In this document: piece by piece, positions 18,628 to 28,496 of the stretch
How positions within the stretch are numbered: position 1 is the stretch's first letter
Layout: the number at the start of each line of letters is the position of its first letter
Origin: a virus
Taxonomy: Duplodnaviria; Heunggongvirae; Uroviricota; Caudoviricetes
Length of the DNA stretch: 64,000 nucleotides
Strand: one strand, 5' to 3'
IMG/VR virus record: IMGVR_UViG_3300035521_000566
Position numbers and translations under genes: made by a program
Notes under the pieces: generated by a model
Told to the model about the DNA's origin: nothing
Databases searched by the model: none
The model's input: only the letters and a program-made list of their open reading frames with translations

Positions 18628-20892
18628 TTATTTATCAGAATCTGTTACTGTATCAGCATTTGAATCCAAATCTGAACCCTGTAACTGATTCATAAAAGCA
18701 TCATTCTGGTCTTCTAATTCATCAAGACGCTGCTGATATTCCTGCATAATTGCTGTGTTTGTATTTGACTGATTTGACTTCAAATTAGCAAACTCGCCTG
18801 CAATAAATCCAATTGCCAGTGCAGCAATGACAGCAATAATAGTCAAGAAAATAGTAGCTATATTGGAATGCTTATTTGTTGCAATAATATGATTGCACTT
18901 GTCTTCCCAAGAATCCTTCTCGTTCTTCAACTCATTGATACGAGAAGAATATTCCTGTGCTTTCTGAGCATCCAGTGAAGAATACTTATCAAGAAGTCCG
19001 TTAATCTCCTGACGCTGGTCAGCTCTAATGTCTTCTGATTCCTGATACTTCTTCTTCCAAGCGTCTTCTTTGTTCTGAAGAGCAAGCTCATTTTCTCTCT
19101 GAATCTGCTCGATTTCAGCCTGCATTGAAACTCTCTTTGCGTCAAATTCAGCGTTAAGACTCTTGAACTTCTCTGTATATTCAGCCGCAACTGCATCTGC
19201 TTTCTGTGACTGACGGAGCTCTTCGGCAAGTGCTTCAGCTCTGGCTACATCGTCCTTACGGTTATCATCAAGATATTCTTTAATCTCATCTTCTAACTCT
19301 TTATGACGAATATGTTCTTCTTCAAGAAGTGCCAAGTACATATCTGAAACCTCAGCAAGTGTCTCGTTAATAGAATAATCAAGACGCTTCAGTGCTTCGC
19401 TCTTACGCTGCTGATTCATATTTCTAAGATTGGTCTGATACTGTGTCTCAATCTCTGTACGAATCATAGGTCCAATCTGAAGTAAATCCTGGTCATGCTG
19501 CTTGCCGTATCTATCACGATAACGATTTCGGGCATCCATGGCAGCACGTTCTGCTTCATCATTTAACTTAGCCTCCCACTCCTGATTGATTTCCATCTTT
19601 CTCTGAGCTACCGTATCTTCGATTTTACGGTTCTCTTCGAGCATAGACTTACGAATCATCTCATTCTGCTGACCATATACAGTAGACAAATCCTGCACAT
19701 CCAACTGCTTCTGAATTGCTTCACAATGCTTTGCCATAGCTTCAAGATAATACTCTTTCATTTTGTAAATGTTAGCAACATGCATTCTGTTCAATTCCAC
19801 GTTGGCATTACGGCTCATCTCATTCAAATAATTATTCAGCCAGCCCTCAGGTCTGTTCTCTTCAAAACGAGCAATGTCGTTTCCGTGAACAAACTGAGAA
19901 TCGAATGGGTCTGTCGAAACCTCAAGACCAAGCTCATCTGAATAGAACTTACGAATAATAGCTTCCTGTACCTGGTCTTTAGTAAACTCAACTCCATCAT
20001 CTTCTACTGGTAATGCGTCTTCACCTTCTGGTAAATCCTCATAGCCTTCGTTATAATAATTATCAGCATATTCATTATTTTCGTCTGCATAATCATCATT
20101 ATATGTATCGTCATAAGACTCTGGCTGATAATCGTCATAAATCGGCACATCTTCTGAATCTGAATCATAAGGTTCATCATCATAATCTGGCTCTTCTTCA
20201 TAATCAGACGATTCTGACATATCTGGATTTTCTGCCTCATATTCTTCTTCTGACATAATATCGTCTACATATTCAGAATCAGCTGATGATTCACTGGAAT
20301 CACTGCTTGTATCAGTGTCAGGATTGTCACCCTCTAATCTGTCAGTTATTGGATAATCTCCTTTTAAGATGCTTGATACATCATCAAATCCTGTTAAAAC
20401 ATCTGTCTTCTCAATCTCGCCTTCAGAATTAACATACACATAAAACCACGGTATGTCTTTCACCATTTCAAATTCTTCTACATTTGCCATAGAAGTTGCA
20501 TTTGGAATAATAACAATCTCTTCATCCTGCAATAACTGTTGTGTAAAATAAGCAGCAATTGCACCGCTGTTTAATTGCTGAACAAGCTGTCCCTTGTCCG
20601 CATTCTTGCTAGACGACTTCTTATCCAAGCCACCCATGTCTGCAGCCTTAATCAAAATACCTACATACTGAGTTTCACCATTTCTCTCTATAACGAAAAG
20701 TTTATTTGACGAAAACTCACTAAGTACCTGCTCAGGTACGGTTTCAGCAAAAAGGTCTGCCATGCCACCCTTTTTCTTTTTACCTGTCTTTGCAACAGGA
20801 GCACTTTTAGTCTGTTCCTGCGTTGACTGTGTTTCCTGTGCTTCAGGAGCTGCGTCAGACTTATTATGCTTATTCTTTTTTACAAAGCCCAT
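18628..20892 (-). CDS. acidic coiled-coil protein with C-terminal transmembrane anchor
   Basis: ORF; likely start at MGFVKK (ATG 20892 with SD AGAAAGGGA) rather than the track start at 20934; Asp/Glu/Tyr-rich segment, long heptad-like Q/E/K-rich region, C-terminal IATIFLTIIAVIAALAIGFIAG. Confidence 0.5.
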   Translation of the reverse strand: MGFVKKNKHNKSDAAPEAQETQSTQEQTKSAPVAKTGKKKKGGMADLFAETVPEQVLSEFSSNKLFVIERNGETQYVGILIKAADMGGLDKKSSSKNADKGQLVQQLNSGAIAAYFTQQLLQDEEIVIIPNATSMANVEEFEMVKDIPWFYVYVNSEGEIEKTDVLTGFDDVSSILKGDYPITDRLEGDNPDTDTSSDSSESSADSEYVDDIMSEEEYEAENPDMSESSDYEEEPDYDDEPYDSDSEDVPIYDDYQPESYDDTYNDDYADENNEYADNYYNEGYEDLPEGEDALPVEDDGVEFTKDQVQEAIIRKFYSDELGLEVSTDPFDSQFVHGNDIARFEENRPEGWLNNYLNEMSRNANVELNRMHVANIYKMKEYYLEAMAKHCEAIQKQLDVQDLSTVYGQQNEMIRKSMLEENRKIEDTVAQRKMEINQEWEAKLNDEAERAAMDARNRYRDRYGKQHDQDLLQIGPMIRTEIETQYQTNLRNMNQQRKSEALKRLDYSINETLAEVSDMYLALLEEEHIRHKELEDEIKEYLDDNRKDDVARAEALAEELRQSQKADAVAAEYTEKFKSLNAEFDAKRVSMQAEIEQIQRENELALQNKEDAWKKKYQESEDIRADQRQEINGLLDKYSSLDAQKAQEYSSRINELKNEKDSWEDKCNHIIATNKHSNIATIFLTIIAVIAALAIGFIAGEFANLKSNQSNTNTAIMQEYQQRLDELEDQNDAFMNQLQGSDLDSNADTVTDSDK

Positions 20893-20945
20893 AGTATAAA
20901 TCCCTTTCTGTAATATTTTTTTTTTGTACATCATTGCGTCAGTAT

Positions 20946-22739
20946 TTAATGTTTAGACACCTGACGCACACCATTACTTGCTCTAATTGATATGTATGCC
21001 TGTGATTCAAGCTGATTCTTGTTGTCAGACATCATATCACCTTCTACAATAATCTGAATCCTGTACGCTGTCGGATATTTGTTGATAAACTTAGCAACTG
21101 CTGTAGTTACTTCGGTTTCCAACTTAGAAATAACTCGACGGGCACCACCTGAGTCAGAATCTGAATCAAGGTTATCTTCTACTAAATATCTTATAACCTT
21201 AGGGTCATAAGAAAGTTCTATATCATGTTTCATAGAAACTTCTTTCACAAGTTTATCCAACTTGTTTTTCGCAATTCTCTTCTGCGTCTGTTCTGACAAC
21301 GGCTGAAATGGAACGATTGTATCAATACGTCCAAGTAACTCAGGCGGGAATCGGTTGCTTCCCGTTGTGCTTGAAATAGACTGACGAATTAACTTATCGT
21401 ATTTCTTCATCTCTTTACCAGAACCACTATCATCTGTAGCATACTGGGAAAGTGTCTTGTAAATTTCCGAACCAGCATTTGTCGTAAGAACAATATAAGC
21501 ATTTAAGAACGATACTTCTCGGTTATTCTCGTCCATTAGACGACCATCATCAAGTACCTGCAGCAAAATACGTGTAACAGGAGCACATGCCTTTTCAATC
21601 TCGTCAAATAAGACGATTGAATACGGATGATTCCACACCCTTGCTGTAAGCTCACTTCTGAAACGCTCAAGCGAATCATCATTCGCATATTCCGTCATAT
21701 CAAATCGAATCAAACTACTTCTTGCATTATCTCCAAATAAGATAACTGCAAGCTGTTTTGTAACTTCGGTTTTGCCGACACCTGTTGAGCCTGTGAATAA
21801 AAACGAACTCATGGGCTTACTCTTATTGTTTAAATCAGCAACACATATCTGTAATCGTTGCTCAATCATTCTTGTTGCGAAGTCCTGAGCATACACATAT
21901 TTATCAAGTTCTTTTTTAATGGATGTTGCATCAACTTTGAATGTTACGTTGACACCTTCAGATTCATAGATAACATCTGCAAGTAGTTGCTTATCCAGAA
22001 GTCGTCCCTCAGAACGATACCAACCAATCATTGCGTCCAAAATCAATAAAGATTTTCTAGGCTGGGCATTTGCAGGTATATAACGCTGCGTATACTCATA
22101 GATAAGCTCATATATATTATCATTATAGAACTGGTCTGCAACCCCATACATAACCGCTCGATTTTTCAATACATTTATAGTTGCTTCACGGTCTAACTCA
22201 CGAAGACGAATTCTCTGAAGACGCTCAACCAAAGGCTGGTTCGGAGCGATATAAATTCGAAACTCGGCTTCTGTCGTTGCCGCAATAATACGTACACCTC
22301 GTGTACCAGAGTCTGCCAGAAGTGGTTTTAATGCCTCAGCAGCTGCATTGGATAACATCATAACCTGATGAAACTCATCCATGAACAAAACCAGTTCAGT
22401 CTGCATCTCTGTTCTAAACAGTGTTACCTCGTCACATAAGGTCTTAAGACGAGTTGCCATTTCGTTTACATCATTACAGTCCGAAATCATTTTAGATAAA
22501 TCGACTTCTAAGTAAAGACGTTTTCTGTCATGCATCATAGTAGCCTGCACCAGTGCTGTCTTGCCAGAACCAGGCTCGCCAAGTAACAATACATTACATA
22601 ATTCAGGTCTGTTAAGAGCTGCTTCAATTGCTCTAAGCTCTTCATCACGATTCTGAATTTCAAACGAAGGAATCTTAAGCTCTTGAGTGAACTGTGCTAA
22701 ACAAGGAAACTGTCTTGCTAAATCTCCTTCAAATAACAT
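20946..22739 (-). CDS. ClpB/ClpC-like double AAA+ ATPase (no N-domain or M-domain)
   Basis: D1 Walker A LLLGEPGSGKTALV, Walker B VLFMDEFHQV; D2 Walker A FLFTGSTGVGKTEVTKQLA, IVLFDEIEKA; ordering typical of Hsp100. Confidence 0.6.
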   Translation of the reverse strand: MLFEGDLARQFPCLAQFTQELKIPSFEIQNRDEELRAIEAALNRPELCNVLLLGEPGSGKTALVQATMMHDRKRLYLEVDLSKMISDCNDVNEMATRLKTLCDEVTLFRTEMQTELVLFMDEFHQVMMLSNAAAEALKPLLADSGTRGVRIIAATTEAEFRIYIAPNQPLVERLQRIRLRELDREATINVLKNRAVMYGVADQFYNDNIYELIYEYTQRYIPANAQPRKSLLILDAMIGWYRSEGRLLDKQLLADVIYESEGVNVTFKVDATSIKKELDKYVYAQDFATRMIEQRLQICVADLNNKSKPMSSFLFTGSTGVGKTEVTKQLAVILFGDNARSSLIRFDMTEYANDDSLERFRSELTARVWNHPYSIVLFDEIEKACAPVTRILLQVLDDGRLMDENNREVSFLNAYIVLTTNAGSEIYKTLSQYATDDSGSGKEMKKYDKLIRQSISSTTGSNRFPPELLGRIDTIVPFQPLSEQTQKRIAKNKLDKLVKEVSMKHDIELSYDPKVIRYLVEDNLDSDSDSGGARRVISKLETEVTTAVAKFINKYPTAYRIQIIVEGDMMSDNKNQLESQAYISIRASNGVRQVSKH

Positions 22740-23000
22740 AACTGTCCTACTCCTTTTATTCTATTGTTTTATTAAGTTGACTCTTCAAATTTTGTCTCAT
22801 TTACGAAACGATTGTAACATACAGAATCAAAAATTTCAAGGTGTTTACCGTAAAAAATATTCATAAATCAGATAATTTACTGACATTATGCCGTTTTGAA
22901 CATATAACTTAAAATTTAAGATTCACACGCAAGTTAGTATATCACAGACTGTCTCATAAATAAAGGAAAAAACTGACATTTTTTTTCTATTTATATAAAG

Positions 23001-23183
23001 CTAAATCTTCCCAGTCTGTCGATAGGTGTCTAAATATAGCTGTATTGCGTGCTCTATAGTAACCGTTTTTGTCAATCCAGTTTCTTCACAGAAATTATCC
23101 AAGTCGTTTGCTATATCTTCTTTAACATAGCAATTAACATACCGTCCAGCTTTCTTTGGACGACCTACAGGTTTTTCAGCCAT
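23001..23183 (-). CDS. small ribbon-helix-helix (CopG/Arc-like) DNA-binding protein
   Basis: 60 aa; GRPKKAGRYVNCYVKEDIANDLDNFCEETGLTKTVTIEHAIQLYL fits the beta-alpha-alpha RHH pattern. Confidence 0.45.
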   Translation of the reverse strand: MAEKPVGRPKKAGRYVNCYVKEDIANDLDNFCEETGLTKTVTIEHAIQLYLDTYRQTGKI

Positions 23184-23332
23184 ATACTACGCTCCTTTCT
23201 ATCACTATACTAAATGTTCAAGACTGCCTGCTCATAACTATAACAACCTTCAACGATAACAGTATACCACATAAATAACATTTAATCAACATAAAATTAT
23301 AAAAAAATAGTAATTTTATGATTAAATAACAA

Positions 23333-23358
23333 AAGAGTTGGAAAAACCAACTCTTATG
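23333..23358 (-). terminator. terminator hairpin AAGAGTTGG-AAAAA-CCAACTCTT
   Basis: Downstream of gene 23460..24002; T-run on minus strand. Confidence 0.45.
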
Positions 23359-23459
23359 CATGAATAACAACAAGAAAACAGCGACAACCTTGGCTATCCA
23401 AAGTCATCGCTGAATTGATTCGTTTTATTTCGGCGTCAACCTAAATTTGATTGGCTATA

Positions 23460-24002
23460 TTAGCCTGGAAGCTCTGCTTCAGCTGTAGCTTCTGGAGCCT
23501 GTACCTGAGCCTCAGCAGTCTTAGCTGCTGTTCTTGCTGCCTCACCCTTCTTGTAAGCCTTCTGGGTAGCTGCATTCTGCTTCTGCCATGCCTTGTCATC
23601 AAAGACCTTGCTGTTTGTTGGCTTAGCAGTATCAATCTTTGGCATAAGACCGTTCTCCTTAGTGTTCATAAGGTCTGCAGTGAAACCGCAAATCTTAGAA
23701 TTGTTAGGTCCGTCTACAACCTTTGAATTAGCTACAAGTGTATCATACTGACCCTTAGAAATTCTAATGTCGTATGACTTCTTACCATCGCCAAACTCGT
23801 GACCCTTAGCAAGCTGAGGAGAACTCTGAGCGTTGCCCTTAGCAGCTGGTGAGCCGTTGTACTGAGCAAGCTGAGCATTCATGTAATACCCTGTCTGAGT
23901 ACCGTTCTTCTCGCTTCTCTCAGCAATCTTAGCAATAATCTCTCTGTTCTTCATTCCCTGCTTTCCATCAGGTCCCACAATACCGTTTTTTACGTTAGCC
24001 AT
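23460..24002 (-). CDS. hypothetical protein (180 aa, Lys/Ala/Gln-rich)
   Basis: ORF with SD AAAGGAGATTACGATT-ATG; terminator hairpin downstream at 23333-23358. Confidence 0.5.
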   Translation of the reverse strand: MANVKNGIVGPDGKQGMKNREIIAKIAERSEKNGTQTGYYMNAQLAQYNGSPAAKGNAQSSPQLAKGHEFGDGKKSYDIRISKGQYDTLVANSKVVDGPNNSKICGFTADLMNTKENGLMPKIDTAKPTNSKVFDDKAWQKQNAATQKAYKKGEAARTAAKTAEAQVQAPEATAEAELPG

Positions 24003-24243
24003 AATCGTAATCTCCTTTCAGATATAAACATTGAATTTAAGCTACTAATGGAGTGTTCTCCATATGTATGTAACTTCTAAATTGAATAGTACACTATTTT
24101 TAATATTATGTCAAGTGCTTTTTATTATAAAAATTTTAATTTTTTTTTAATAAAAATTTGGAGACTAGATTTCGGCTAAAATCATACGCTTCTACTCTAT
24201 CCATACTATAATAATATTATAATATAGTACCTATCTGAAAATA

Positions 24244-24272
24244 ATCATAGTACCATATATGGAGATTGTCAA
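24244..24272 (-). promoter_or_regulatory. class A promoter: TTGACA-ATCTCCATATATGGTAC-TATGAT
   Basis: ~240 nt upstream of gene 23460..24002, so a long leader. Confidence 0.45.
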
Positions 24273-24329
24273 CATCTTACAGAAATTTTAAGCATTATGC
24301 ACAAAGCACACTTTTGACACACCACACCT

Positions 24330-25004
24330 GGTATAGAAGGTATAGAAATTTTTTGAAAACTTTTTAAAGCAAAATAAAATTGCGTATTTTTGAAGATTTC
24401 AATCTGTTTTACATAAAATAGCTTAAACCATTGATAATAGCCTCTCTCAGCTATTTTACGAAACCGAAATCCGAACTATTAAAATTTTTTCAGACATCTA
24501 ATGACTTATTTATTTTCTATACCTTCTATACTAAAATATAAAAAATACTCATATATAAGGATTTTCTGGTATAGAAATTAAATTTTCAAAAATTTTAAAA
24601 ATTATCATAAAACTGCTCACTGCCCTGTAAATAAAGGCTCTCAGCCATTTTCATACCGTTTTCAATTTCTATACCGCTGAAACCCCTGTAAATAAAGGCT
24701 CTCATAAAAACGCTTTCTGAGACGCCCTATTATCAATGTTTCCAGAAGTATAGAACTTCTATACCAACTTCTATACCAATTTGCTATTGACTTTTTCGAA
24801 AAATTGTGAAACTGCTCTCTGGTATAGAAATTGAATTTGACTTCTATACCGCTACAAGCACTGTCAATAACAGCTCTTATCAAGTGTCCTTCTGAAAGCC
24901 CCAAAACATCAGTGTTAGAGACAATCGACACTTCTATACCAAAAAATGCTCATTTATAAGGCTTTTTAAATACGGTATAGAAGTTCTATACCAATTTCTA
25001 TACC
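24330..25004. repeat. iteron field: at least 15 copies of the 9-mer GGTATAGAA / TTCTATACC in both orientations (several as palindromic pairs GGTATAGAA-N-TTCTATACC) plus two copies of CTGTAAATAAAGGCTCTCA; putative replication origin or partition site
   Basis: Copies at 24330, 24339, 24515, 24524, 24568, 24667, 24748, 24757, 24769, 24831, 24842, 24932, 24974, 24984, 24996; the ~940-bp region is non-coding (only one low-confidence 89-aa track ORF at 24662..24931) and sits immediately upstream of the HTH + primase-helicase operon. Confidence 0.55.
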
Positions 25005-25110
25005 AACCCCTTTTTGTGCACATTTCACAAAAATTCGCTGATAATGCCGAGATTCTAATTCTGTAAAATATAAATAATATATTCATAACAAATACCCATT
25101 AGAATTTTTT

Positions 25111-25162
25111 TACTCATTTATGAGATTTCTATGTTGACAGCTAGACTCACTTTTGCTATACT
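25111..25162 (+). promoter_or_regulatory. palindrome CTCATTTATGAG (25111-25124) followed by promoter TTGACA-17-TATACT (25134-25162) for the replication operon (HTH + primase-helicase)
   Basis: Sequence match to consensus; possible operator overlapping or upstream of -35. Confidence 0.5.
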
Positions 25163-25226
25163 TTGTTTATGAATCATAAGATTTTATAAGTTTAATTTAG
25201 TTAAAAATTTAAGGAGGAACTTCACA

Positions 25227-25415
25227 ATGCCGAATGAAAAGCCATTTTTGACAGCTCAGGAATTTGCAACTGCAATTGGAATACATGTACAGACAGTTCG
25301 CAAATGGGACAAAGAAAATTTATTAAAGCCGCACCACACCACCCCTGGTGGACATAGACTCTATTCACAGGAACAGGTTCAAAATTATTTTGATGGTAAA
25401 TACACCATGAAATAA
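25227..25415 (+). CDS. small HTH DNA-binding protein (AlpA/excisionase/MerR-like HTH)
   Basis: LTAQEFATAIGIHVQTVRKWDKENLLKPHHTTPGGHRLYSQEQV; SD AAGGAGGAA; first gene after the plus-strand promoter at 25134-25162. Confidence 0.5.
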   Translation: MPNEKPFLTAQEFATAIGIHVQTVRKWDKENLLKPHHTTPGGHRLYSQEQVQNYFDGKYTMK

Positions 25416-25452
25416 AGACTGAGTCTTTGAATTCTGTAGAAAGGAGAAATCT

Positions 25453-27123
25453 ATGCACGCCAAAGACGACAATATCAAAGACATTACAACTCTCGACATC
25501 AGCCAGGCTCTTGCATATACTGAATTTTTGTCCAAAGATGAATGCGTAAAAGCCATCACAACTGAATATTTACATGCAGATGACTTTGATGAAACAATGC
25601 CGCCTTCGCAGATAAAGCAAGAATTACTTGCTAAAATGCACGAAGTCTTCACTGACCATAACACCGTTGCTGAAAAAGGTGCTAAGTGGCAGCTTCCGTC
25701 TTCTTTATTCGAATCCCAAATTGCAGACATTTTGCTTAGATTATATCCAATCTGCCGTATTGCCTGTGCTGGAGCAAATGCTGACACAGAATACGACTTA
25801 CTTGCAATTTATCAGTCTACTGGACCTGATGAAGGCATATATGTAACCAAAGAAACTGTCTTTAACGAATTGATTCGTCAGTTTAACTATAACATTACAA
25901 CAAAAGGCATACACGAAGTTATCATGTGTCTTCGTGATGTATGCGAGCGAAAACTTCGTTGTACTGACCCTGATTTAATTGCAGTTAACAACGGTATCTT
26001 TAACTATAACACCAAACAGCTTCAGCCGTTTGACCCTAAATATGTATTTATAGCCAAGTCCCGTGTAGATTATAATCCGTTTGCCACGAACATAACTATA
26101 CATAATCCTGACGATAATACAGACTGGAATGTTGAAGATTGGGTTACTGAATTATCAGATAATCCTGAAATCGTAGAATTATTGTGGCAGATTATGGGAG
26201 CCATTATCCGTCCGCACGTAAACTGGAATAAATCAGCATGGTTCTATTCTACGAAAGGAAACAACGGAAAAGGCACACTATGTGCGTTAATGCGAAATAT
26301 CTGTGGTAAAGAAAGCTATGCTTCTATCCCACTTTCTGACTTTGGTAAAGATTTTATGCTGGAACCGTTATTACAAGCTACAGCTATCATTGTAGACGAA
26401 AATAACGTCGGTGAATTTATTGACAAAGCTGCAAACCTGAAAGCTGTAATCACAAATGATGTTATTCAATTAAACCGAAAATTCAAGACACCGATTGCTT
26501 ATCAGTTTTATGGCTTTATGGTACAGTGTATCAATGAACTGCCTCGTATTCGAGATAAGTCTGATTCTTTTTATAGACGTCAATTATTCGTACCGTTTGA
26601 CAAATGCTTCACTGGTCACGAACGACGCTATATCAAGTCTGATTATCTGAATCGACCTGAAGTCTTGGAGTATGTTTTATTCAAAGTATTGAATATGAAT
26701 TATTATGAGCTGAATGAACCTGAAGAATGTGTTATGGCACTTTCTGAATATAAGATGTTTAATGACCCTATTAAGCAGTTTATAGATGAGTTTATATCAC
26801 AGTGTGTATGGGATGTCCTGCCATTTTCTTTTTTATATGATGGTTATAAAGCCTGGTATAAAAAGAATTCGCCAGAAGGTAAGATGCAAGGTAAGAGCAC
26901 CTTTATTACTGATTTGCTCAGTTCAATTACAAATGATTCAGGCTGGTATTGCCCTGGTAGAAGCAAAGCTATTAAGACAGGTTCTAAGATGGATAAGCCA
27001 GAGCTCCTAATCTGGGAATATGAATTAAACGATTGGAAGAATCCATATTACAAAGGTGGCGACATACACATTATTTGTAAAGCACCTGTAAAACAAACTG
27101 TAAACGGTTTGATTCGTATTTAG
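25453..27123 (+). CDS. D5/P4-family primase-helicase (SF3 helicase domain)
   Basis: Walker A YSTKGNNGKGTL, Walker B TAIIVDENNVG; overall D5_N / P4-type C-terminal helicase architecture. Confidence 0.65.
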   Translation: MHAKDDNIKDITTLDISQALAYTEFLSKDECVKAITTEYLHADDFDETMPPSQIKQELLAKMHEVFTDHNTVAEKGAKWQLPSSLFESQIADILLRLYPICRIACAGANADTEYDLLAIYQSTGPDEGIYVTKETVFNELIRQFNYNITTKGIHEVIMCLRDVCERKLRCTDPDLIAVNNGIFNYNTKQLQPFDPKYVFIAKSRVDYNPFATNITIHNPDDNTDWNVEDWVTELSDNPEIVELLWQIMGAIIRPHVNWNKSAWFYSTKGNNGKGTLCALMRNICGKESYASIPLSDFGKDFMLEPLLQATAIIVDENNVGEFIDKAANLKAVITNDVIQLNRKFKTPIAYQFYGFMVQCINELPRIRDKSDSFYRRQLFVPFDKCFTGHERRYIKSDYLNRPEVLEYVLFKVLNMNYYELNEPEECVMALSEYKMFNDPIKQFIDEFISQCVWDVLPFSFLYDGYKAWYKKNSPEGKMQGKSTFITDLLSSITNDSGWYCPGRSKAIKTGSKMDKPELLIWEYELNDWKNPYYKGGDIHIICKAPVKQTVNGLIRI

Positions 27124-27223
27124 AGTTAAGTTAAGAAGTCTTGCGTGATGGTCACTGTCATATTCTATGGCAGTGATGTTATCATGTTTTAATGATGATG
27201 CGGAGCATCATAAATTTATTTTT

Positions 27224-27250
27224 GAGAGAAATGCTCTCTGTTTTTTTTTA
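27224..27250 (+). terminator. terminator GAGAG-AAATG-CTCTC + T9 after the primase-helicase gene
   Basis: Hairpin + T-run. Confidence 0.5.
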
Positions 27251-27284
27251 ATTTAACCATTTGATTATTTAGGAGGTACGTAAC

Positions 27285-27671
27285 ATGAAAACCAAAAAAT
27301 TGTTAAAACTTAGACAGATATTAAAAGTGACACAGGTAGTGGCTGCTATTGCAGTATTTATAGGATTTTTTATGATAATCGGTGGTGTAGGCAACTTTGA
27401 CTATGCTGATGAAGTTCATATGATTCTAACTGAAGAACAGGAAGCTAAAGCCTGGACTATTTGTATCATCGGCTGCATCGCTATGGGAGCTGGTGCTGGC
27501 ATATTAGCTGGATGTGAGCGTGTATGCGAAAACATTGAAATCGAACTGCATAGACGTCATAAGCGTGCTATCGAACGTAAGAAGGCACACCAGATAGAGA
27601 CAAAGGCTAAGCAGGATAACATAATAAGACTCATGCAGGAACTGCCAAATATCATCAACGCAGAAAACTAA
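27285..27671 (+). CDS. membrane protein (2 TM) with basic C-terminus
   Basis: ORF; SD AGGAGGTACG; terminator hairpin 27683-27712 downstream. Confidence 0.45.
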   Translation: MKTKKLLKLRQILKVTQVVAAIAVFIGFFMIIGGVGNFDYADEVHMILTEEQEAKAWTICIIGCIAMGAGAGILAGCERVCENIEIELHRRHKRAIERKKAHQIETKAKQDNIIRLMQELPNIINAEN

Positions 27672-27746
27672 TGCTTTTATAAGGCTCTATGTTTCATAGA
27701 GCCTTTTCTTTTATAATTCAATAAAATAAATATATAGGAGTATTTT

Positions 27747-28211
27747 ATGTTAATGATTAAAGAACCTGGAATTGATATTTTCAATCTTCCACAAAATACA
27801 CACGAAGCAATGTGCGTCACTACGAACGGTATTGTCAAAGCTAATGGCTGTGCTGTTATGGGTGCAGGTATTGCAAAAACCGTGAATCAGAGATTCCACG
27901 TAGATAAAACACTTGCAGACCTGCTACTCATACAAGGGAATATTCCGTTTGATTTAGGAATTCATAGCTGGAATGGTCATATGTTTCACTTACTGTCATT
28001 CCCTACAAAACATCATTGGAGCAACCCTTCAGACATTGATTTGATTAAACAATCTGCCATGTGGCTTGTAATAATTGCTAACCAGCTGAACTTATCACAT
28101 ATATATCTCACACCACCTGGCTGTGGCTGTGGACAATTAGACTGGGCTGACGTGAAGGCTGTAATAGAACCAATTTTAGATGACAGATTTATTGTTGTCT
28201 TTAATCACTAA
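27747..28211 (+). CDS. macro-domain-like protein (possible ADP-ribose binding or hydrolase)
   Basis: VTTNGIVKANGCAVMGAGIAKTVNQRF resembles the macro-domain core NAAN..L..GGGVAxAI; weak, sequence-pattern only. Confidence 0.4.
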   Translation: MLMIKEPGIDIFNLPQNTHEAMCVTTNGIVKANGCAVMGAGIAKTVNQRFHVDKTLADLLLIQGNIPFDLGIHSWNGHMFHLLSFPTKHHWSNPSDIDLIKQSAMWLVIIANQLNLSHIYLTPPGCGCGQLDWADVKAVIEPILDDRFIVVFNH

Positions 28212-28229
28212 AAATCTAATAAGAAAGGA

Positions 28230-28472
28230 ATGATTATTATGTTTAAATTTATAAAATCTATTTTAACTGGAGGTATCGTGTTTGCTATCATCGCTTTTAT
28301 AGTCGTAACTGCCCTTCTCATCAAAGTTTTCGACTTTGTTGGTGGCATACTTAATGTAACTATTCGTGCCATTTTCCAGATTGCAGTAAACTGCTATCCT
28401 ATCACGATTGTGCTCGCCATCGTTGGTATCGCATTACTCGTAAAACACCGTAAAGATAAAAGACTTGCTTAA
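28230..28472 (+). CDS. small membrane protein (2 TM)
   Basis: ORF; hydrophobic segments. Confidence 0.4.
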   Translation: MIIMFKFIKSILTGGIVFAIIAFIVVTALLIKVFDFVGGILNVTIRAIFQIAVNCYPITIVLAIVGIALLVKHRKDKRLA

Positions 28473-28496
28473 CACTAATCAATAGGAGGCGATTAT

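Noticed and set aside
20946-22739. VirB4-type conjugation ATPase
   Set aside because: Two separate Walker A/B nucleotide-binding domains with Hsp100-like spacing, whereas VirB4 has one. I call it ClpB-like instead.
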